From: Sanchytrium tribonematis
Lineage: Eukaryota
Direction of reading: 5' to 3'
Assembly (NCBI GenBank): GCA_018985235.1
Contig: JADGIG010000014.1
Coordinates: 1-50,561, forward strand
Length of the DNA: 50,561 bases
Made by a program: the position numbers and the translations under genes. Position 1 is the stretch's first letter. Each line of letters opens with the position of its first letter. The notes under the pieces are model-generated. The model worked only from the letters and a program-made list of their open reading frames with translations, made no database searches and was not told the DNA's origin. Positions 31,291 to 41,900 of the stretch are shown piece after piece.

Positions 31291-31333
31291 ATTTTGGATT
31301 TTATTGTATCAACATAATCCCCGTGAAACCAAA

Positions 31334-33364
31334 ATGACAGGTTTGAATTTGAAGAAGAAACACTACTCTGGACTCAAACAGGTCAACGTCGCAAGAGCAA
31401 TGAATTTAATGAACGTCATTTCATCAAAGTCAATAGCAATGGTTCCACTTGATACAACAATGTTTAAAATTTGCATACAGTACAACAATGAAATCGAGCA
31501 ATTATTGTGTACCAAATCAGAAATATCTGTTCCGATTACCATTCCTCAAGTATTAAAATTTTCAGAATTTAATCTTATTGGACGTTTGGCCAATATTGTA
31601 GATTCAAAAGATTATTGTGATTTTAAATACAATGGACTTCCCCAAATCGACATTTTTCAACAAAAATATCACCTAATAACTACCCAAGATAGCTATTATC
31701 TAATTTTTAAATTCAATCTTAGTGGCGTGCGTTTGATGGTATTTAAAATAGATGATTTACATGAAAGAATCAGAAATTTTCATCAAATCGCAACTCAAAA
31801 ACTACCGGTTGTTTTAGACCTTGACGACACTCTTGTTAGGGCAGTTTGTAGCTCGTCAGATATGAGTTTGAGTTCAAGAGTCATTTCAAAGGATCAGCGG
31901 TCACTTGTTATAAATCGGCTGAAACAATTACCACCAAATAATTTCAATATTGACGAAATAGCTTTAGCAACAAACGTTGAGACTTTTTTGGACCAATTGT
32001 CCCGTTTCGCTGACATCACTATATGTTCTGCTGGTAACGTTGATTATGTAAAAGCTGTTTGCTCATTATTAGATCCGGACAATTCCTATTTTAAGGATGT
32101 TGAATCAACTAGACACATGTATGATTATAATGTTATAAAGTACAAATCCTCTAGCTTGCCTACAAAAGATTTAGCAAGACTCTATCCATTTTGTATCCCG
32201 TGGGAGCACCACATTTTGGCCAAAAACATGCCTGAAATCATTGAAATGTCTAGGCAGCCAGTGATCGTAGACGATATTGACCAAGCTTGGTTGACTAATC
32301 AACGGCAGCAGGTTTATCTTATGCTTCCTACTAGTCGTGTTTGGGATGTTAATTTAGAATTATGTGCCTTAATTTTAAAGCATGTTCATGAAGGCTTTAC
32401 AACTTACAATCAATCTGATGTTCCGCATCTTCTTCGTCATAACATTATGGTTTTGGCTCATACCAAGCTTGTCCCATCTAGTAAAGATGAACCGGAGGAA
32501 GATATTGACGATGACGAATCTATTGGGGTGCAATCTACAACCAGTAGATTTGAAAACATTCAAGATACCCTCGAAGCCCCAGAAGAAAATGCCATGGCTG
32601 CAGATCTTGCTGTGTCAACTTCAGACTTTACTGCTATCAATACTTTTGAAATTGAAGATACTGAAATGGAAGAAGCTGCCTCGGAGCCTCAAATCGTAAA
32701 ACAAGAAGCTACTTTGGCTTCTAAAATTGTAGATGTCATTAATGGTGAATCAGTTTTATGTGTGGAACATCATGATACAATTAAAAATGCAGACTTGACT
32801 GCAGTTCAATCCGCAATCGTCGATGTTGTAGATGTAGCTAGCCAGCGATCTGAGAAAATTGATACAGTTACGGAAAATTCCGATAGCGACATAAAATCGC
32901 TTGGAAAATCTGAAATAGTTCGGCCAACTAAAGACGCTGTAATTAATTTAAATAGGCCGACACTATCTACAAAGTTTGAAAATACCTTCTCCGAACCGAA
33001 AACTAGTCCAACTAATACTATTTCATCTGGTAGAAGCAAGACTAAGGTTCAAGTTGATAGTATTTTGATAGATCAAAATTTCAAACCACAATCTAATATG
33101 TATACAAACGATCCGGCAGCAGAGGCACCTAGAGCAATTGATACTGGTCATAATGTTCCATTCGGCGCACAAGATACTAATCAGGTAGAAGATCGGGATA
33201 CTAGCACCATCCAAGAATCAAAATTAAATACTAATAATCAAGCACCTTCAAACTTACCTCCTTTATTGGAAAAAGCATTTCCTAATGTAAAAATAATTGA
33301 AATAATAGAAGATGCTCCCATAGTTCCTATGACCCTGGGAATTGATAAAAACCTGCCACAATAA
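31334..33364 (+). CDS. FCP1/SCP-like HAD phosphatase-domain protein with acidic disordered tail
   Basis: VVLDLDDTLV, FLDQLS..ITICSAG..YV..V..LLDP, KDL, VIVDD..W; ATG at 31334 avoids overlap with the DnaJ gene. Confidence 0.75.
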   Translation: MTGLNLKKKHYSGLKQVNVARAMNLMNVISSKSIAMVPLDTTMFKICIQYNNEIEQLLCTKSEISVPITIPQVLKFSEFNLIGRLANIVDSKDYCDFKYNGLPQIDIFQQKYHLITTQDSYYLIFKFNLSGVRLMVFKIDDLHERIRNFHQIATQKLPVVLDLDDTLVRAVCSSSDMSLSSRVISKDQRSLVINRLKQLPPNNFNIDEIALATNVETFLDQLSRFADITICSAGNVDYVKAVCSLLDPDNSYFKDVESTRHMYDYNVIKYKSSSLPTKDLARLYPFCIPWEHHILAKNMPEIIEMSRQPVIVDDIDQAWLTNQRQQVYLMLPTSRVWDVNLELCALILKHVHEGFTTYNQSDVPHLLRHNIMVLAHTKLVPSSKDEPEEDIDDDESIGVQSTTSRFENIQDTLEAPEENAMAADLAVSTSDFTAINTFEIEDTEMEEAASEPQIVKQEATLASKIVDVINGESVLCVEHHDTIKNADLTAVQSAIVDVVDVASQRSEKIDTVTENSDSDIKSLGKSEIVRPTKDAVINLNRPTLSTKFENTFSEPKTSPTNTISSGRSKTKVQVDSILIDQNFKPQSNMYTNDPAAEAPRAIDTGHNVPFGAQDTNQVEDRDTSTIQESKLNTNNQAPSNLPPLLEKAFPNVKIIEIIEDAPIVPMTLGIDKNLPQ

Positions 33365-33400
33365 AATTTATTTTTCATTTGTTTTATAAAACAAGGAGAT

Positions 33401-33935
33401 ATGCCAGTTTATCATTCTCAATTCGATGGAACAAAATTTCAAAGTATTGGAGGAATGGCTTTACTTCCATTTCAATCTAAATTTAAAGGACCAGCTGCAC
33501 CTACTACGGAAGAAGATATTGTTGAGGAATCGGTCATTTCTTTTAGAATTAATTGCTTTTTTAAGCATTTCGACATTAAAAGTTCGGCTGATAGAACTTT
33601 GATTTATGGTATTCTATTTGTTTCCGAATGTTTGAGTAAATTGAAGCCAAATATGTCTCAACAAGAAGCTTACAAGACTTTGCAAAGTTTTGCTGTCAGT
33701 GGATTTGCACTTCCTGGCGATGCTGGTATTTGTAATTAATTCAGGATTCCCTTTAAATGCATTATATCCCACACCTGCTAATAGAGGTGAATACGATCAA
33801 TTAAAAGCGTATATTTTACAATTTAGACAGGAACTTGCGCAAAGATTTAGCGAGAGGGCATTCGTCAACAATCAGCCTTCCAAATGGTGGATGGCATTTC
33901 AGAAAAAGAAGTTTTTAAATAAAACTCTATCTTGA
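33401..33935 (+). CDS. ARPC3: Arp2/3 complex subunit 3; join(33401..33725,33745..33935), 171 aa
   Basis: MPVYHS, FKGPA, ADRTLIY, spliced FALPGDAGFPLNALY, PSKWWMAFQKKKFLNK. Confidence 0.96.
33726..33744 (+). other. 19-nt spliceosomal intron (gtatttgtaattaattcag), phase 1
   Basis: Removal restores the conserved PGDAGFPLN; in-frame TAA if retained. Confidence 0.96.
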
Positions 33936-35255
33936 TGTTTTTGTGTAATTTTCAAAGTAAAATTCATTGTGTCGATACTTCAAATGTGATACTTTGACAG
34001 CCTTTTTACTTAGCCAACCCAAATACAGCTGCATAAAGGTCCAAGAACCTATCAAAGTCATCAGAGAAATAAAACCAAAGACTGTATTTTTCCAGTGCAA
34101 ATTGATCAATTCTTGAATATTTGGAGGTGTTGGTAACGTTTTGTAGATGTTTTCCGTATCCCTCGCAACGCTTTTCCAGGAATACATTGACTTAAGTTTT
34201 TCATGGAAAGTTGGATTGCAGCTAATGTTATATAGATGGCGATAGTTTATGACATGTTCGATTGCCTTAATCAAATTATCTTGCAAGTCAACTGGGTTGG
34301 GTTCTGCCAGCAGCACCATTTCGTCAGGGAGAACCTCTGGAATGCCTCCGACATTTGTAGAAACAACAAGCAATCCACAACTAGCAGCTTCTAAAATAGC
34401 AATGCAAAATGCCTCCGTTAAAGAGGTATTTAAGAAAATTGAGCCTTGCACTAGCACGTCGCGGACTTTTCCGAGTGGGATAGCACCGAGAAGAGTAACT
34501 CTTTCAAAAAGAATATGCTGATCGATCATTTTTTCAAGTTCAACGCGTTTTTCCCCATCACCAGCAATTAGAAAATTGATATTGCTAAATTTTTTACACA
34601 TTTTGGGGATTATATTGATAAGTAAATCAGTTCCTTTTCGATAGACTAGCCTAGACACCACCACAATTGTGATGTTTCCTTCTGGACTTGCTGGAGAAGC
34701 AAGTGGAGTAAATTCTTCACTTATTATTGCATTAGGAATAACATGACAATCATTCTTACTTACCCAGCTCCTCAAGCAGATATTATCTCTGCTAACTTTC
34801 GAAACGCAGAAAAAGGCTTGTGTAGCTCGCAATGAAAACTTGCAACATTTGTTTAAAAATATTGGACCATTTAATCTAAATGAAAACAATGAATGGTCAG
34901 TAAATGTGGAGTGAATACCCATTAAACTAGCATGAATACATGCCTCCAGGGCCAAAGCGCTAGAACTTTGATGGCCGTGCACTAAATCAACATCTTCTTC
35001 GTAAAATATTTTTGAAAGAATTGGTAAATTGCCTAAAATTGTCGGAAATACGCATCCTTGATAAACTATTGGTAAAGCCAAATAGTAAACCTTTAAACAA
35101 CCAATAAAATGAATTCCTACAAAATTCTCATAAGCATGAGTTAAAATTATGACAGTGTGTCCTAACTTTATCAATTCGTGACTCAAATGTATTATGTGAC
35201 TCTCAACACCGCCAATTTTTGGATGAAAAAAGTCGCTTACCATGGCAATGATCAT
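33927..35255 (-). CDS. PIGA: PIG-A/Spt14 GPI-GlcNAc transferase catalytic subunit
   Basis: IAMVSDFFHP..GGVESHI, FTDHSLF, SRLVYRKG, FLNTSLTEAFCIAILEAASCGL. Confidence 0.95.
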   Translation of the reverse strand: MIIAMVSDFFHPKIGGVESHIIHLSHELIKLGHTVIILTHAYENFVGIHFIGCLKVYYLALPIVYQGCVFPTILGNLPILSKIFYEEDVDLVHGHQSSSALALEACIHASLMGIHSTFTDHSLFSFRLNGPIFLNKCCKFSLRATQAFFCVSKVSRDNICLRSWVSKNDCHVIPNAIISEEFTPLASPASPEGNITIVVVSRLVYRKGTDLLINIIPKMCKKFSNINFLIAGDGEKRVELEKMIDQHILFERVTLLGAIPLGKVRDVLVQGSIFLNTSLTEAFCIAILEAASCGLLVVSTNVGGIPEVLPDEMVLLAEPNPVDLQDNLIKAIEHVINYRHLYNISCNPTFHEKLKSMYSWKSVARDTENIYKTLPTPPNIQELINLHWKNTVFGFISLMTLIGSWTFMQLYLGWLSKKAVKVSHLKYRHNEFYFENYTKTSR

Positions 35256-35315
35256 TTACCAAGATTAAAATTATTCAAAACAAAAGGGATCTACTATTTA
35301 TCAACTTCAAAGTAC

Positions 35316-35660
35316 ATGAGTTACAATTACATAGATCCAAAAGCCTTACACGAGAATCTTGAAAAATATGTTATCATAGACGTAAGAGATTATGATTTTG
35401 ATGGCAAATTAATAAATGGTGCATTGAATGTGCCATTTGAAGCCTTGTCATCAAATACAAGCAGCGAAAATAAGAAATTGATTCAGGAACACGTCACTTA
35501 TAGATCTGATATTGTGGTTCATTGCATGTTGTCTCAAGTACGAGGTCCCAAAAGCGTGAAATTTATAAAAGAAGCTTTTCCATACACCAATATTCTAGTC
35601 CTAAGAGGAGGATACGAGACATATAGTCAGTTGTACCCTCAAGATATAATGAAGCAATAA
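35316..35660 (+). CDS. Cdc25-like rhodanese-fold phosphatase/arsenate reductase (Ych1/Ibp1/Acr2 type)
   Basis: IIDVRD.DF.G..I.GA.NVP, active-site HCMLSQVRGP, VLRGG. Confidence 0.88.
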   Translation: MSYNYIDPKALHENLEKYVIIDVRDYDFDGKLINGALNVPFEALSSNTSSENKKLIQEHVTYRSDIVVHCMLSQVRGPKSVKFIKEAFPYTNILVLRGGYETYSQLYPQDIMKQ

Positions 35661-35918
35661 ACTAATTTTTACAGCTCAAATGCACTACCTTTCCTTAATT
35701 GTTTCAAATTAGTAATTGCAAATATGTTAGACCTTTGGGAGAATTCTGTCGATACATATTGTGTTCATCCCAAGACTTGACTATTTCAATTTGTGAGAGA
35801 TTGTTGATTGGCAATGTTACATCTAGATGTACGATCACCTCTTTGTCTTACCCCAACTTTGACTGATTGGTACTTGGATGAGGACATTTTTTGAAGGGAC
35901 CCTTGTTACGGTACGCAG

Positions 35919-38900
35919 ATGCTTTTAATCATAAGTGCCATTGTATTGATTTTGCTAAGTGGCTATGGTGTTGCTGCACCTATGATTATAAGAGACATTC
36001 TTGGTAACGGTGATATATTCGTATACCCAGACCATGTCAGTCTGGATCTTAGACCGCAAGAAACGAATGTATACTTTAAGGGTGAATTTTTTATCACTAG
36101 AAACAACATAGATGCATATATCCATGAAACATTTTATCGGATTTATTACCGGAATCAAGTCGCTCTGGGACTAACTCTGAGTGATATGCAAACTTATACC
36201 GACAAAAGAACAAACCTTGACTTTCATACTCAGTTATTAGTATTTAATGCATCATTAATTGATCAATTGCTAAGAGAAGCCATTAAAGGTGAAAATGCTG
36301 ATGTTATTATGCAAGGGTATATGGGAGTAAGTGTATTTAAAGTGCCCATGTATTCCAAGGTATTTGTTGAAAGATACCTGCTTCCTAAAGAAACTAATCT
36401 CAGGCAACAATTGCAAGATTTCATGGACGGGACTCTACCACCTGGTTCACTTGATCCAACTTTAAAACAATATCCAAAACCGGTCATTCCGCCTCTGAAT
36501 ACGCCAAAAATTAACGGGCTAACCTTGTACAGAAAGTCCAACCAGATTGGTATCAATATAAAATTTGAGTGGAAAAATGATTTTATTGAGTTGCACGTTG
36601 CAGAAATTCGGATTCCTTTACTTCTGTACAATGTAAATTTTGGTGGACTTTATCTTGAAAATTTGAGACTGACAAATGGCTTGGTGAAGGGAAATGTAAA
36701 TATTGGATTATACCTTTTAACTGGAGATGAGATCAAGAAAGCTTTCCAACACGCTTTTAAAATGCTGATTAAAGAGCTTACCATTCAAGTTGGTGTTGTG
36801 GGACCATTACGTTTTGTCGCTGAAGAATCAGTTGTTTGGATTGCAAATGCAACAAAATCTCTCAACGCAAGTCTCACGATAGATATACCGAGAGTTACCG
36901 AACGATTTGGTATCTCGCTGCCGTCAGCTCCTAAAGCTATGCTTGATTTGAAGCACATGAGCTTGGAAATCAAGATTAGAACAGTGAAAAAATCAATCGA
37001 TTTAGGGCTAGAGTTGCATTTACCTTCAAAGTTTCCGAAGCTCCCAAAAGTAGAGTCTCTAATTGGAGTTGCTCTAAAACTGGGATATATAAAGGATTTG
37101 ATCCAAATTGAAGTTGGAAAGTTGCATATTGTAAATCAGTTCGTTCAATTGGGGACACGTATTAACTTTTTTGATCAACCTAGAGAATTGCGTGCTTTAG
37201 TCGACAGATTTATGGGAAAGAAAAGCGACCAGACAATTCATGCCCACGATATGGAGTTCTTCCCAAGCTGCCCTACATGCAAGCAGTTTGACAATATTGA
37301 TTTTTCTATTGATCCTCCTGAAATCAATTTTTCGCAATATGTCAAATTTGGTAAATCCATTCTTAAAAATACCAATTTGGGATTAAAGATTTATTCATTA
37401 AGCGTGATCCAAAAAGAAAGATCATTTTTTATCGATGTTGATTTTCAACTTGATTTATTGCTGCCAATAGATGCGTTTATTGGATATTTAGCAGTGACAC
37501 TTCAAATCAATCATGATGACTTTTTGACTCTGAGCATTGAAAATTTAAGATGGAGTAAAACAAACAGGCATAAATTATCATTAGAGATTACTTTCCACAA
37601 ATCTTCTCAGCTCTCGCTTTTGATACCACATTTACTGGATTATCTGAACAATAAGAACTCGATCCCTGACATCATTACAATATCTTCAATCAAAATTGGA
37701 GAATCCAAGCAAATGTTTAGTAGCTTGTTTTCTGAAATTGATATAGACATTAAAATAAGCGAATTATTAGAGTCAATTTCTTTACCTCAATTGGATCTTA
37801 ATTTGGATAATGTATTGGAACCTACTTTTTTGACTTTGATAGCTAGAGACACTATAAAATTAGGGTTGAAAAGCATTTTCAATAACCCGTTAGATTTTGA
37901 TTTGCACGTTCATTTGGACCCGATAAAAGCTTCGATTGACAACTCTATATTCTTCAATATTGCAGAGTTGAATCTGTCCCATAACCTAGAGTTGGAAGCC
38001 GAGATATCTTTTAAAAATGCAAAAGCCATCATTCAACCAATTTTGGAGGATTTTCTAAATCATAAATTTAACAGAATGATATCTCTTTCATTGGGAAGTA
38101 TAACATTTCTAGAAAATGCGAAAGTTGACATCAACATCCCAGAATTGTCTTTGAGCAGTGGTTTGATAAATTTGAGTCATATGAATTTAAATAACCCAAT
38201 TTCAAATTTTAAACCAGATAATATTGATATTAATCATCACGGGAACTCAATCAAGGCTGCTTTAGGAGTAGACCTGACCATCAATGTACCAATAGTAGTG
38301 GACATCTCCAGCATTCAAGTCGGGGTGCGGCTACAAAAGAACAAATTTTTGAAGTTGTCAACTGGCGCCATTAAAATTCATCAAGGCTTGAATGAGATAA
38401 ACTTACCGCTGGAATTACAATTCAACGAATGTACAGTTTGTGAAACTGAAGTGAATCAATTAACCCAAAACCTCTTGAGTGGAAATCTAATTGAAACCAT
38501 TATTGGGATTCAGGATCTCCACATCGGGGAAATTGAGGATCTTGAGTCTATCTCTGTTGATCTTTTTGTTTCTCAAAATATCCATTTGCCGAAACTTCCT
38601 GCCATTCAACTTCCAAATATATCTCCCAAGAATTTGGCTATATCTGTTCATGACAAAACTATTAATGCCAAAGGGTCATTATCTTTAGACTTGAACTGGA
38701 TTAAGGCTCATTTTCAAAGAATTTCATTATATGTCACTTTGAATAATCAAGATCTTGTCCGAATTTTGATTCATCATTTGGATGTAAATCGAGGGGTGAA
38801 TTTTGAAATCAGCCTTGAATTTTTTGATGCATCAAAAGAAGTTTTGCAACTTTACAATTATTTAACAGTTGGATACAATGAGATCAATATTGGTGTTCAC

Positions 38901-41900
38901 ACAATTTCTCTTGACCAAATATATATTTTGAGGTCAATTAACGCAGCACAACCAGTTGGTAGATTTGTCGAGCCTGCTATCATTCATTTGGATGAAGTAC
39001 TAAATAAGCCTCTACCTGCGTTGCCTTTAGAATCAGTTGACATTGTCTCATTAGACCAATGGATTGTTCTAGATATTCTTGCCAAAATTCCTATTGATGT
39101 CAAAATCGATGCTTCGCTTGCTTTACAAGTTGCTTTGAATGACCATTCCTTATTGAATTTAAAATTATCATTAAGCGGTCACAACATGATCCGAATTGGA
39201 GCTAAAATAATGCTGTTTGATATTGCAGAAAATATGAAAACTATTGGAAGTATAATCTCGAATGTATTATCTTCAAGAGACTTGAGTGGTTCTATCAGTA
39301 TTAAGCAAATAGTTGTAGGAAACATCAATTCATTTGAAAGAATATCTGTAGACATTCCTCTCAGTATAATTAAAGTACCAAGTCTAACGTTGCCGGCAAT
39401 AAAGATGTCTGGTTTAAGCGTTAAAAATGTCGAAAAAGATGTTGAAGTCAAATTACATCTTCCTATAAAGCTACCTAAGCTGCCATTCAAAATTGATGTT
39501 TTACTTGTTCAATTGCATATTTTTGATAGTGCGTTTGTAACGCTTTCTCTCAATCCAATTTTTAAAAATGGTGTTGATTTAACGATCCTTGCTCATTTTG
39601 AGAAATATGATAATCCTGAAATCAATACAATGATAAACAGTTTCTTAGAAACAAAAAATTTAGATTTACAAGTGGGTATAAGTAAAATCGCTTTGAAAAC
39701 CAATAAGGGATTGTATAAAATATCAAACAAGATTCCCATCGATATTCATCAGAAAATGACACTACCGCAATTATCTCTACCAACTTTAGAACTAAAAAGC
39801 TTAAATATACACACAGATGAAAATAAGCTAATTGCTCAAATTGAAAATCCTTTACCAGTTCACCTGGACTATTTCCAAATCAGTTTAGGCCATAATCAGA
39901 ATTTAGTCACCATATCTGCGGTACTCTCCAGCAAAATTGATATTTTTTTGGAGTTTAATAATGCTGGCGCAGATGAAATGAAAATTTTACTAGAAAAGTT
40001 TGATTTTGTCCAAATATATGGTATGAAAATTGGGACTAGTAGAGACTTTCACCAGTTTAATTTAGATATACACTTTCCGTTGCATATACTTCCAAAATTC
40101 GACTTTCCAATTCCAAGTCTACCTTCAATCAAGATTTCACCTGAAAATGTACAATTAGAAACAATACAAGATCACGGTTTAATGGCAAAGCTTAGAATTC
40201 AGGCTGCTCTACCAATTGCATTGAATTTGAATTCTCAAAACATTAAAGTGAAATTGGGACTTGGAAATCCAATGATATTGGCAGAAATTGATTCTATCAA
40301 TATAACTGGAGACGAAGTTTTTGTCAGTCTCAAATTATTTATGGACAATCAATACAGATCCCAGATTGCTGAAGAAATATCAAAGCTTTTACATAAAGAG
40401 CAGTCACATCTCTTTGTTAGTGAATTAAAAATAGATAGCATTATGCTCTTTTCTTCGAGTAGGTTTGAGGTCCCAATTCATTTGCCAATCGACGAGTCAA
40501 AGTTGGGTAGTTCATTGAATGATTTGACATCACAGCACGCTGAAACTTTGTCTAATATTACCATAAACCACGTCAAAGCTGTTGTAAACCCAGATAATTC
40601 TCTTACAACTTCCTTGAGCATTAATTTTCCTTTTGATTTCGATATCAAAGTCGCAATCAATTATTTGCAAGTTGGTTTGCGAATCAACGAACAATCTCTA
40701 TTGTTGGCTGAAATTCAGCCTATTAAGATACAAAAAGCAATGGAACTAGACGTCAAGTTGAAATTAAATTCCTGGGCATATTCAAAAATTGAAAAGGTAG
40801 GTATAGAATACCTAAAAATAGGTTATAGCGATGAAGATTATATCTCATTGTTCGAAGATGTCAAATTAGATGTAAATATTGATTTAAAAAATATCAAGCT
40901 ACCAAGTCTGCCGAATATTGATTTGTCGATCAAGGCCGATTCCGCCAATTTGAATATTGACCAAAATATATCAGGACTAGCAAAATTAAAGATTCCAAAT
41001 ATATTCCTTTCAATTCCTTTTATTAGAGTCAGTCTAGGTGCATTAATGCCAAGCATTTTTATACAGTTAAGCGTTATAACTAGCGAGTTAATTGAAGTTA
41101 ATTTTCTAATTGATGGGCATGCTGATGACAATGAACTACTAGCAATGAGGCAACTTGTTGATAAGTTTCTCAATGGAAATGTTGATGTGTTTTTAGACGA
41201 ATTGCAATTTGGTCATAGTAGAGATTCTTTTGTTAGTTTAAAAATAGGACAACAGATTAAGACAAAAGCTCCAAAATTGCCAGCAATCAAATTACCTTCC
41301 TTGGTGGTTGACCCTAATAATGTAAAGGCTAGTATTTCTGAAAAGATCACGTTGAAAACATCAATTAATTTGGATGTTCCTGTTACTTTTAATGTCAAAA
41401 ATATCGAATTAGAAGTATTCATTAACGAGAGACTTGCAAATATTCACATTGATGCGATCAAAGCAGACGGAGTTGCAGAGATTTCAGTAATAGTTGAACC
41501 ACACAATGTGCAAGAGAGCACACAATTGCAATTAAATGAGATTCTCAACAATATTATTCAAAAGACACCGTTAAATGCAGATGTTTATATCGATAGGATT
41601 ATTCTAGGAAATTTGAACAATTTGGAGCTCATTCACCTGAAATTACCTAATTTAGATTTGCCACAGATTACTTTACCAAAAATTGAACCTATTTTGAACT
41701 TGGATAAGGCTAATATCAATTTAATAGGAGACAATCAGCTCTTTTTGACAGCAAAAGCTGGTGTTTCAGTAGGATTTTCAATTGATGCTCAGCTTGATAA
41801 ATTAGGGTTGAGTGTCGGTATTTTGGATAATCCATTTTTGGAAGCTAGAATAAGTGGAGATGTGAAGGATGTTGCAGATGTTGAAGTCAATTTAAGTCTG

